From the NCBI GenBank assembly GCA_903837125.1, contig CAILTG010000097.1:1-61213 (forward strand): a stretch of DNA of 61,213 nucleotides, given 5' to 3'. Position numbers and translations under genes: made by a program. This document shows positions 48,092-56,513 of this stretch, in pieces. The notes under the pieces are model-generated. The model did no database searches and was not told where the DNA came from. It saw only the letters and a program-made list of their open reading frames with translations. Origin of the DNA: Candidatus Magasanikiibacteriota bacterium (GTDB lineage: Bacteria; Patescibacteriota; Patescibacteriia; Magasanikbacterales; UBA922). Positions within the stretch are counted from its first letter, which is position 1; every line of letters starts with the position of its first letter.

Positions 48092-48565
48092 TTAAGCATG
48101 TTTAATAAAAACATGCTGATGAATTGATTTTAAATAAATTTTTACTGTTAACCATAATGTTGTACAGGTAATCCATAAAAAAAATACCACTGCCAACACC
48201 GAAACTACTGGCAATGATTCTGCCAAAGATAATAAGTATTCTTTCCAATAACTTAAAATTACTGAAAAATCACTAAATAAAAGCGACAACAATTTAACAG
48301 TTTCAGAATGAATAATTAAGGAACTCTCACTGCGCCACACAAAAATCAACCCTACGAAAGATAAAACAGCCACAATTCCAGACAAAGCCATTTTTAAACT
48401 ATTATTAAACCTTCTTTCACGTTCAATAGAAAATAATATTTTTTCTGATAAATTTGCCGGAGTCTCTAAAAAACTATTTTTTCGCATAAATAAGCCAAAT
48501 TTTTCATCAAAATTGTCCTTAATAACTACCTCTTTTAAATTGTTATTTGGTGATCTGTTCTCCAT
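48092..48565 (-). CDS. putative anti-sigma factor (membrane protein)
   Basis: 157 aa with three TM segments. The call rests on its position immediately downstream of the ECF sigma factor. Confidence 0.5.
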   Translation of the reverse strand: MENRSPNNNLKEVVIKDNFDEKFGLFMRKNSFLETPANLSEKILFSIERERRFNNSLKMALSGIVAVLSFVGLIFVWRSESSLIIHSETVKLLSLLFSDFSVILSYWKEYLLSLAESLPVVSVLAVVFFLWITCTTLWLTVKIYLKSIHQHVFIKHA

Positions 48566-48622
48566 ATAAGCGTATATACGTTAATTAACCCGTCAATGGT
48601 GCATAAAACAGGCAATTTAAGC

Positions 48623-49198
48623 TTAATTGTTAGCGAACTTAAGTAGCTCTTTTACTCTAGCTAAACCTCGACGATGTCTACTCTTAATAGTATCTACAGG
48701 TTCATCCAAAATTTCTGCAATCTCAACCAAAGTTAACTCTTCGGTATAATAAAATCTTAAAACTGTTTGATATTTTTCTGGCAAAGCTTGGAGGGCTTTT
48801 TGCACCATGTCTGCATTGTCTAAACTAATCATTTGTTCCCAAGGTGTTGGTTTATCATCAGGCAAAAGTTCAAACTGGTTTTCCCCTACTTCTTCATCAT
48901 TATCTCCAAATTTTACTTCCCGAGAAATCCTTTTTTTTCGCAACCAATCAATTATCGTATTTCTGGCAATTCTAAACAACCACGGCTTAAATTTCTTAGA
49001 ACTATCAAACTTATTAATGGCCTTCCAAACTTTAATAAATACTTCCTGAGTTATATCCTCTGCATCTTGACCACGACCAAAATACTGGGCTATAAAATTA
49101 TAAATCCGATTAAGATATTTATTTAATAATTCCTGAAAAGCCAATTCCTCACCAGCTAAATATTTTTCCACTAATTGTTCATCAGAAAAATTATCCAT
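48623..49198 (-). CDS. ECF-type RNA polymerase sigma-70 factor
   Basis: Region 2 (DAEDITQEVFIKVW...WLFRIARNTIIDWLRKK) and region 4 (LTLVEIAEILDEPVDTIKSRHRRG). Confidence 0.9.
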   Translation of the reverse strand: MDNFSDEQLVEKYLAGEELAFQELLNKYLNRIYNFIAQYFGRGQDAEDITQEVFIKVWKAINKFDSSKKFKPWLFRIARNTIIDWLRKKRISREVKFGDNDEEVGENQFELLPDDKPTPWEQMISLDNADMVQKALQALPEKYQTVLRFYYTEELTLVEIAEILDEPVDTIKSRHRRGLARVKELLKFANN

Positions 49199-49300
49199 AA
49201 TACGAACAGTTTAACACTTTTAACCAAACTAAACAAGAAACAGATAATTTAGATTCTGTGATTAAACATGTACGTTGCTTTCATCGTGAGGTTTATAAAA

Positions 49301-49804
49301 CTACAAAACATCACGCTTAAATATTTTTATACTCAAAATCGCCAATATTGATGCGAGCCAACCAAAAAATAAATCCCCCATAGTATCATCATTAGAAGCT
49401 TGATAAAGTCTATTTATTGGGTGTAATAAATCTAGATGTAATAAATCCATTCTAATATGGTCAAGAGCAAATTCAAAAAATTCCCAAAAAACACCTATAA
49501 AAATAATCAAGCAAGAAAACATAAATAAATTTCTAGCAAATTTATATTGAAATGAATTTAAATTTGGATATTTGTTTATCAGCCATAATATAAATGCTGT
49601 TTCCATAATTCCGGCAGTAAAATGAACCAAAGCATCATAACCAAAAAAACCGGCGTTACAGCCCAAATAATTAAGACAGGATGAATTATTCATTGCCGGC
49701 CATAGTAAGTGCCCAGCAATAAATTCAAAAAAAACAAAAACTGCCAATGAAATTAGTAGAAAGATACTAATCCAGACATTTTTTTTATTTAAATCATAAT
49801 TCAT
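49301..49804 (-). CDS. hypothetical polytopic membrane protein (167 aa)
   Basis: Four or five hydrophobic helices; no motif recognised. Confidence 0.6.
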   Translation of the reverse strand: MNYDLNKKNVWISIFLLISLAVFVFFEFIAGHLLWPAMNNSSCLNYLGCNAGFFGYDALVHFTAGIMETAFILWLINKYPNLNSFQYKFARNLFMFSCLIIFIGVFWEFFEFALDHIRMDLLHLDLLHPINRLYQASNDDTMGDLFFGWLASILAILSIKIFKRDVL

Positions 49805-49834
49805 AACACATTAAAGCTTAAATAATAAAACAAC

Positions 49835-51166
49835 TTAACTATTCAACTCATCAATATCTTGCTGATATTTGTTAGCCGTAGCCACTACATTATCACCATA
49901 AAAACTATAAGCTGGATTGGTAGAACCAGAAAAATAAATCATGGCTGCCTTCCATTCGCCTGCCACAGTGCCAGCTCCTCCTGCTTTTAATTTTACTGCA
50001 GAAGCAATAAAAGCATCACGTATATCCCAAGGGTTAGCCACACTTTTGCCAGTAATAGTGCTTACCTTATCTTTATAACCCATCCAAGTGGAGGGAATAA
50101 ACTGCGCCGGCCCCATGGCTCCACCCCAACCAATTTGTTTACCATTTTTATCTTTCATGGGGCAGGATACCGGCGTTTTATCAATATCCAAACCTAATTC
50201 ATTGGTAATTTTTTTAAATGGTTCTTGATCGCGTTCTGGCTTCATAATTACTTTCCAACTTTTTTCTGGTGGATCACCGCTACGATTACAAGTACCCACA
50301 TTTTTACCTAAATTGGATTCTTGGGTTAAAATAGCCAACAAAAAGGCTGCTCGCACTCCAGTAAGTTTAGAAGCCCAAGTAGCAATATCTACTGCTTGGC
50401 CAAAATTAATTTGACTACCGGTATTAAATAATTCATAAATCCGACTTCTAATTTCAGCAGCTTGCTTTTTCTTATCAGCCAATTGTGCACTATAATTAGC
50501 TTCCAGACCTTTAGTTTTAACCAGTAAACTATTTTGTTCACTCAAACTGCTTACTAGTGTTTGATTCTGAATAGTTTTTATTTTTAATAAATTTTGAGCT
50601 TCGGTTTTTTGATTTTCTAACGAAACTTTTTTATCGGTAATTTCATTTTTAAGCTGCCGCGTAGCCAAAACCAAACTATTTAATTTATTGGTAATACTGA
50701 AATAATTTTGTACTTCAGCAAATGATTTAGATAGTCCGCCAACCAAGGCCAATAAAATTACCGGCCGTAAATCTTTCTGCTGAATCAACTTAATAGTAAC
50801 CAAAATTTCCTTTTCTAAACCAGCCTCTTTTTCTATATTTTTAGCTAAATCTGTTTGTGCGACCGTTATATTACTTTGTAAATTATTAATCTTTAAGGTA
50901 GTGGCTTTCAACTGTGCACTTAACTCTTGTTGCTTAATTTTTAATTGTTTTATTTTATTAGCCAAAGTATTTTTTTGAGAAACAGTAACCGTTAATTGTT
51001 TCTCAAAATCAGCAATTTGCTTTTCAATATCAGCCAGTTGCTGTTCCAACTGACTTTGAATAACTGATGGGGAGGTAGCCGACAAGTCAGCCACCTGCCC
51101 ATAAGCTGGTACCACAAATTGCAGACAACTGAATCCTATTATAATAACTATTAAACACTTTTTCAT
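49835..51166 (-). CDS. secreted coiled-coil protein with C-terminal lytic transglycosylase-like domain
   Basis: Signal peptide and a long coiled-coil. The C-terminal AILTQESNLG ... GAMGPAQFIPSTW resembles the MltB/SLT_2 catalytic region. Confidence 0.75.
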   Translation of the reverse strand: MKKCLIVIIIGFSCLQFVVPAYGQVADLSATSPSVIQSQLEQQLADIEKQIADFEKQLTVTVSQKNTLANKIKQLKIKQQELSAQLKATTLKINNLQSNITVAQTDLAKNIEKEAGLEKEILVTIKLIQQKDLRPVILLALVGGLSKSFAEVQNYFSITNKLNSLVLATRQLKNEITDKKVSLENQKTEAQNLLKIKTIQNQTLVSSLSEQNSLLVKTKGLEANYSAQLADKKKQAAEIRSRIYELFNTGSQINFGQAVDIATWASKLTGVRAAFLLAILTQESNLGKNVGTCNRSGDPPEKSWKVIMKPERDQEPFKKITNELGLDIDKTPVSCPMKDKNGKQIGWGGAMGPAQFIPSTWMGYKDKVSTITGKSVANPWDIRDAFIASAVKLKAGGAGTVAGEWKAAMIYFSGSTNPAYSFYGDNVVATANKYQQDIDELNS

Positions 51167-51726
51167 AGTCCAATTTTTTTCAACTCTTTAATTCTTAACT
51201 TATAATCAGGTACACTCTGGGACAATAAATTCCAAAAATTACGTGAATGATTAAACTCCTGCAAATGACATAGTTCATGTGCCACGATATACTCGGATAA
51301 ATGTTCAGGTAAAAAAATAATTTTATAATTAAAATTCAAATTTTTCATTCTGGAACAACTGCCCCAGCGAGTTTTTTGATTTCTAATAAAAATTTTATTA
51401 TACGAAAAATTATACAACTGATTTATCTTATTTATTTTCTCAAGAACTAACTTTCTAGCTTGTTCACAATGTCTTTTACAAAATCTATATTTTGGACGAA
51501 CGTGCCTTATTTTACCAAACTTTTTAAAATAATTTATTTTATCCAAAATCCATTCAGCTTTGGCTATTAAAAACCTTTCAATTCTAAATTCACCCCAAAA
51601 ATAAGTTGGCACAGTAACAATTACACTGGCATCACAGTATACAGCCACCCGTACATTTCGTGCTCGAGCACTTCTTCTTACTGTATATTCTACTTCGCTA
51701 CCGTGTAAAATTGCTTTTTTAATCAT
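51163..51726 (-). CDS. YgjP-like (DUF45) metal-dependent hydrolase
   Basis: HELCHLQEFNHS (HExxH...H) near the C-terminus. Confidence 0.8.
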   Translation of the reverse strand: MIKKAILHGSEVEYTVRRSARARNVRVAVYCDASVIVTVPTYFWGEFRIERFLIAKAEWILDKINYFKKFGKIRHVRPKYRFCKRHCEQARKLVLEKINKINQLYNFSYNKIFIRNQKTRWGSCSRMKNLNFNYKIIFLPEHLSEYIVAHELCHLQEFNHSRNFWNLLSQSVPDYKLRIKELKKIGL

Positions 51727-51747
51727 AATTCACTCATAAATCTGATT

Positions 51748-51783
51748 ATACCAAAAATCGCCTGACTTGGCGATTTTTGGTAT
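51748..51783 (-). terminator. intrinsic terminator after the MFS gene
   Basis: 15-bp stem ATACCAAAAATCGCC / GGCGATTTTTGGTAT. Confidence 0.75.
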
Positions 51784-51809
51784 CCAAACATAATTTAAAA
51801 ATACAATTA

Positions 51810-53306
51810 TTAATCAATAAACACTTCCACATTACCTTTTTTCTTGGTCATCTCCACTTTAATAAGCAAAGCCAAAAAAGCGCCAATTAAGACAATAAAA
51901 GAAGAAATTTGAAAAACTGTGGAATAAGCCAAGATTTGTGCCTTTAGGATAAGCAAAGAAATAAACTTACCAATAACATTTGGATCGGCTGAACGTAAAA
52001 CACTATAATGAGCAGTGTTTAAAACATTATTTTCCGTGGCACTTTTTAAAATGGTACCAAATAACGCAATACCAAAAGCCCCGGCAATGTTTCTAACCAA
52101 GGCTAAAATTGATGAAGCAATACCTATTTCATGTTCAGGAACAATCGCCGCGATTAAACTGGTGCGCTGAGCCATACCAAAACCCAAACCAAAGGCCATA
52201 ATACTTAAAGGAATAATTATGTCCAACACTCCTGAACGAGGATCAAGAAAAACTGAAAATAAAAATAATCCCAAGGCCGCCACCACCGTACTAAGAGCAA
52301 TGATATAGCGTGGCTGAACTTTGCCGGCAAAATGCCCGCCCAAAGGAGAAGCAATTACCATCATAAAGGCCATTGGTATAAAAAGCATACCGGTCTCCGT
52401 GGCGCTTAAGCCTAGATAAGTGGAAGCAAATATTGGTATTAAAAATACGCCTCCCATCATACCCATAAATACCACAAAATTATTAACCAAAGTATTTACA
52501 AAAACCGGAATTTTGAAAAATTTAAAATCAACAATTGGTTCCGGACTCTTTTTTTCTATTCTATAAAAAATTATGGTAAAAAATATCATACTAGCATAAG
52601 CCAAAATACTATTTGTTGACAGCCAACCCCAATCCATACCTTTATCAAGAACCAAAACCAATGCAGACAAAGCCCCACCCAAAGTAATTGCACCCCACCA
52701 ATCAAAAATAACAGTTTTTTTCTCAGAAACCGATTCTTCAATATATTTCCAAGCCATTATTAAACCAATTATACCGACCGGCAAATTAATTAAAAATATT
52801 GAGCGCCAACCAAAATTATCAATTAACGGGCCACCAATTAGTGGACCAAACACGGCCGCAGCTGCAAATGAGCTTGACCACAAACCCAGTGCTTGAACGC
52901 GCTGTTTTCCAGCTGGAAAAGTCACTGCTAAAATTGCCATGGCCGTAGGATAATCGGCCGAACCAGCAATGGCCTGAATAATTCTAAAAACAATTAATGA
53001 ACCAAGATTCCAAGACAAACCAGCCAAAACCGAACCTCCAATAAAAATTAGAAATCCAAAAATATAAACTTTTTTTCGACCAATAGTATCACCAAGTTTT
53101 CCCCAAATAGGCACAAAAACCGCATTGGCCAAAATATAAGCGGTGGCAATCCATGCAGCCGAGGTAACAGTAATACTAAAATCCTGGATAATTTTAGGCA
53201 AAGCCAAATTAACAATTGTTTGATCTAGCCGACCTAAAAATGTGCCAACAATCACTGTGACTAAAACCAACCAGCGATGAGAATTTAAAGAATCTTTAAC
53301 GGACAT
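51810..53306 (-). CDS. MFS transporter, DHA2 (EmrB/QacA) family, 14 TM
   Basis: 498 aa with the motif GKLGDTIGRKKV after TM2 and 14 hydrophobic segments. Confidence 0.88.
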   Translation of the reverse strand: MSVKDSLNSHRWLVLVTVIVGTFLGRLDQTIVNLALPKIIQDFSITVTSAAWIATAYILANAVFVPIWGKLGDTIGRKKVYIFGFLIFIGGSVLAGLSWNLGSLIVFRIIQAIAGSADYPTAMAILAVTFPAGKQRVQALGLWSSSFAAAAVFGPLIGGPLIDNFGWRSIFLINLPVGIIGLIMAWKYIEESVSEKKTVIFDWWGAITLGGALSALVLVLDKGMDWGWLSTNSILAYASMIFFTIIFYRIEKKSPEPIVDFKFFKIPVFVNTLVNNFVVFMGMMGGVFLIPIFASTYLGLSATETGMLFIPMAFMMVIASPLGGHFAGKVQPRYIIALSTVVAALGLFLFSVFLDPRSGVLDIIIPLSIMAFGLGFGMAQRTSLIAAIVPEHEIGIASSILALVRNIAGAFGIALFGTILKSATENNVLNTAHYSVLRSADPNVIGKFISLLILKAQILAYSTVFQISSFIVLIGAFLALLIKVEMTKKKGNVEVFID

Positions 53307-53308
53307 AT

Positions 53309-53965
53309 TTATTGGTAAATCCAGGCTCTAGCCGACATGCCATTCAATAATTCGGGATAGTCATTATAACTATATTTAATTTTAATGGAAAAATCTTTTT
53401 CTACCCTTTTGTCAGAAATGGAAAACACTACCGATGACTGATCCGCTGATTCTGACATTTCTTCTACTTCGCCGACAAATTTTTTAGAGCCAAAAGCATC
53501 CACATTAAAAATCACTTTTTGACCGATATGAATTAAACTTAAACCTTTATCTTCTGGCACATGCGCGATTAAACGCAAATCGCTCGGATCTATCATAGTT
53601 ATAATTGGTGCACCTGGAGAAAACAATCTACCAACTTCATTGGTTATACTAATAATCACCCCCTCAGTTTTAGCTCTCACCAATTCACCGCCGTCTAATT
53701 TGGCCACTGCTTGGTTAGGAGATACTTGTTCTCCATTTTTTACCATTATTTCTTGAAGTACTGCTGGCTGTCCTGGGCTAAGGAGTATAAGCGGAGCATA
53801 AATTTCAGCTTTATCTGTATATACTCGTTGACCAATTAGATACCAATAATAACCCACAGCTAATACAGCAATAACTGCCAAAAATATTCCAATTTTTTTA
53901 AACAATCCGCGATTTTGTTTTAGACGTGAAAAAATATTTCTTGAATTTTCAATTTGATTTTCCAT
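53309..53965 (-). CDS. HlyD/EmrA-like membrane fusion protein (short)
   Basis: 218 aa with a TM helix plus lipoyl and beta-barrel segments. It is adjacent to the MFS pump. Confidence 0.75.
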   Translation of the reverse strand: MENQIENSRNIFSRLKQNRGLFKKIGIFLAVIAVLAVGYYWYLIGQRVYTDKAEIYAPLILLSPGQPAVLQEIMVKNGEQVSPNQAVAKLDGGELVRAKTEGVIISITNEVGRLFSPGAPIITMIDPSDLRLIAHVPEDKGLSLIHIGQKVIFNVDAFGSKKFVGEVEEMSESADQSSVVFSISDKRVEKDFSIKIKYSYNDYPELLNGMSARAWIYQ

Positions 53966-53969
53966 AAAA

Positions 53970-54206
53970 TTATTTAACAGCTTTATTAATATACTTTTTA
54001 ACTTTGTTCAATTTTTTTTCAAGATTATTGGCAAATTTTTTTACATGTTCTAATTTTGTTAACACCACAGTATTGTTACTTAAACCAAAGACCAGCAATT
54101 TGTCACTCTCTTTCCACCCCATTTTCTTTCTAGTCTCCATTGGTACCACTACTTGACCTTTTTTTCCAATGGTAGTTGAGCCAAAAAAGTTGTCAAAATT
54201 TTTCAT
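53970..54206 (-). CDS. AbrB/MazE/SpoVT family DNA-binding protein
   Basis: 78 aa with a swapped-hairpin motif TTIGKKGQVVVPMETRKKMGW. Confidence 0.8.
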   Translation of the reverse strand: MKNFDNFFGSTTIGKKGQVVVPMETRKKMGWKESDKLLVFGLSNNTVVLTKLEHVKKFANNLEKKLNKVKKYINKAVK

Positions 54207-54290
54207 ATTTTTTTTAATTAAGGATTTCCTACAAGTAGGATAATAGATTAGGATTATATATTAAATTTAACTGGTTGTCAAGGAACCAAA

Positions 54291-54362
54291 CAAAATACAA
54301 TATACACATAAAAAAATACAGGTTGTTCACTGTGTATATTATTATGTGTATATTGTATTTTG
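54291..54362. promoter_or_regulatory. perfect 21-bp inverted repeat in the divergent abrB-like / greA-like control region
   Basis: CAAAATACAATATACACATAA (54291-54311) and its exact reverse complement (54342-54362) are separated by 30 nt. The right arm covers the predicted -35. Confidence 0.7.
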
Positions 54363-54382
54363 TTTGCATACCATGCTAGAAT
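54353..54382 (+). promoter_or_regulatory. predicted promoter of the second GreA-family gene (leaderless transcript)
   Basis: TTGTAT, 18 nt ending in TGC, TAGAAT (54377-54382). The ATG at 54389 is only 6 nt downstream of the -10. Confidence 0.5.
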
Positions 54383-54388
54383 ACTGAT

Positions 54389-54886
54389 ATGCAAGTTCCC
54401 TACCGCAAACCAGGCAAATACATGATACAAAAAAGTGACCCACTTATCACCGGGGCTAAACTTACTGAACTTGAAAAAGAATTAACTAAATTAAAAAAAA
54501 TCCGACCAGGAGCTGCAGCCGAAGTAAGTCGTTTAGCTGAAATGGGAGATTTTTCTGAAAATGTAGAATACCAGTTAGCTAAAGGACGTTTACGAGGAAT
54601 TAATAATGCAATTTTTAAAATAGCCAATCAACTTAATCAGGCAGTAGTGATTAAACCGCAAACACAAACCAATGAAGTACAAATCGGCCACATAGTTACC
54701 ATTGAAACTGAAAACGGACCAAAAACTTATCAGATACTTGGTTCTGCAGAAACGAATCCTGGAACTGGAACAATTTCCCATAACTCTCCTCTTGGCTCGG
54801 CCTTAATGGATAAAAAAGTAGGAGACGTAATAAAAATAAAACTGACAAATAAAGAAATAGAATACAAAATAATTGAAATAAAATAA
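54389..54886 (+). CDS. GreA/GreB family transcription elongation factor (second paralogue)
   Basis: 165 aa with GDFSENVEYQLAKGRL and the C-terminal domain motif SPLGSALMDKKVGD. Confidence 0.88.
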   Translation: MQVPYRKPGKYMIQKSDPLITGAKLTELEKELTKLKKIRPGAAAEVSRLAEMGDFSENVEYQLAKGRLRGINNAIFKIANQLNQAVVIKPQTQTNEVQIGHIVTIETENGPKTYQILGSAETNPGTGTISHNSPLGSALMDKKVGDVIKIKLTNKEIEYKIIEIK

Positions 54887-54909
54887 TCCCGACTTTAGTC
54901 GGGATTATT
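54882..54909. terminator. bidirectional terminator between convergent greA-like and FKBP genes
   Basis: 12-bp stem AATAATCCCGAC / GTCGGGATTATT overlapping the TAA stop of the greA-like gene. Confidence 0.75.
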
Positions 54910-54928
54910 TTATTTCAATTAAATTCTA

Positions 54929-55252
54929 CTACTTAATACCTAATAATTCTACCTCAAATATCAGTGTGGCTTTTGCTGGAATTGGACCGTGACCAAACTC
55001 TCCGTAGGCTAAGTGATAAGGAATAGTTAATTTTCGCTTCTCGCCAATTTTCATTCCTACTACCCCCAAATCCCAACCCCTTATTACCATCCCAGCGCCC
55101 AAATTAAATTCAAATGGATCACCACGATCAACACTGGAATCAAATTTTTTGCCACTTTCAAAAGTACCAGTATAGTGCACTATTACTAACTGTCCATTTT
55201 GAGCCACATCCCCATCCCCTTCTTTTAATGTTTCAATTTTAAATTCTTCCAT
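54929..55252 (-). CDS. FKBP-type peptidyl-prolyl cis-trans isomerase
   Basis: 107 aa with VIVHYTGTFESGKKFDSS ... GMVIRGWD. Confidence 0.92.
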   Translation of the reverse strand: MEEFKIETLKEGDGDVAQNGQLVIVHYTGTFESGKKFDSSVDRGDPFEFNLGAGMVIRGWDLGVVGMKIGEKRKLTIPYHLAYGEFGHGPIPAKATLIFEVELLGIK

Positions 55253-55403
55253 ATTGTTTATTAAATAAATAATTAAAAATAAAGTATATTAAACTTTTTC
55301 AGAAAGTTAAAAAACCAGCCTAAGATACAATAAATATTACCACATTTATGAAAAAAGTAAAATATTACAACAGCTAACCTCTACTGAACCGACTTAATAA
55401 AAT

Positions 55404-55433
55404 AAAAATGACCGTATTTAAACGGTCATTTTT
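55404..55433 (-). terminator. intrinsic terminator after csp
   Basis: AAAAATGACCGT / ACGGTCATTTTT stem. Confidence 0.75.
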
Positions 55434-55446
55434 ATTTTTTGAATCA

Positions 55447-55647
55447 TTAAGCCAATACAACATTGGCGGCGCGAGGTCCTTTTTCAGACTGCTCAACGTC
55501 AAAATTCACTACGTCACCAGATTTTAACTGGCTGAATTCAACACCACTCAAAGAAGAAGCGTGAAAGAAAATGTCTTTACTTCCATCTTCTGGAGTAATA
55601 AAACCAAAATTCTTTTCAGCTACTATTGTTTTGATAGTACCTTTCAT
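55447..55647 (-). CDS. csp: cold-shock domain protein
   Basis: RNP1-like NFGFI and RNP2-like IFFHA motifs. I chose the start at MKGTIKT; the ORF track extends to 55716. Confidence 0.9.
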   Translation of the reverse strand: MKGTIKTIVAEKNFGFITPEDGSKDIFFHASSLSGVEFSQLKSGDVVNFDVEQSEKGPRAANVVLA

Positions 55648-55776
55648 AGATAATCTACGATTATTAATTAAATAAAGTCTACAGAAACCGACTACCTTTC
55701 TACGACGATATGGCAATATTATAACACAAAAATTTTAAACTGTCAACTCCCTAGCTAAATCTAGTGTTCAAACTCT

Positions 55777-56433
55777 TTATTTCATTTTTTTGACAGTTGT
55801 TTTTTTGGCAACAGCTTTACTCTTAGCAAAAACTTTTTTACCTTTTTTTGGTGTTTCTTCTGGAACAACCACTTTTTTTTCTTCTACTTTTTTTCCTACT
55901 TTTTCTTCTACAACTGGTTGAGAGGTATTAACATTTAAAGCCTTCATGATTTTTTCCAGTTTAGCGTTAATAATATCAAATTGTTCTCTATAATGCTCAG
56001 TATTTCTACCACCAGCAGCGCCACCTTTTTCAAAACAGTTACTGCAAAAAACAGGCTTTCCTTCTGTTGGCCGAAAAGGAACTTCACATTTATCTCCACA
56101 CTTGCCACAAGTTGCTTCAAACATCTGTCTGTCACCACCAAAGCTTGGTTTGCTAAAACTAGGTCTGGAAAAATTACTCCCACCCATTGGTCTGGTTGAG
56201 CTTCCACCACCTTGTTTTTCAAAGCAATTACTACAAAAAATCGGCCGACCACCTGTTGGTCTAAAAGGAATTTCACAATCTTTACCGCATTCACTGCAAA
56301 CCGCCTTATGCATCACTCTAGGACCTGAACTGGCACCGCCAAAACTTCGTCCACCACCACCAAATTCTCTTCTGCCAAATTCTCTAGGACCACGGTCATC
56401 CCCTGGTCTACTATCTCGATTAAATCTACCCAT
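55777..56433 (-). CDS. RG-rich protein with two CxxC-x17-CxxC zinc-ribbon repeats and a Lys-rich tail
   Basis: CSECGKDCEIPFRPTGGRPIFCSNCF and CGKCGDKCEVPFRPTEGKPVFCSNCF repeats. The N-terminus is Arg/Gly-rich and the C-terminus is K-rich. Confidence 0.75.
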   Translation of the reverse strand: MGRFNRDSRPGDDRGPREFGRREFGGGGRSFGGASSGPRVMHKAVCSECGKDCEIPFRPTGGRPIFCSNCFEKQGGGSSTRPMGGSNFSRPSFSKPSFGGDRQMFEATCGKCGDKCEVPFRPTEGKPVFCSNCFEKGGAAGGRNTEHYREQFDIINAKLEKIMKALNVNTSQPVVEEKVGKKVEEKKVVVPEETPKKGKKVFAKSKAVAKKTTVKKMK

Positions 56434-56513
56434 AATTTATGTTTAAATTACTTAAAATGTAATTTGTATAAGTTTAGCACAGTTTCAAATAAAAATCAAT
56501 AGCAAAAATAAAT

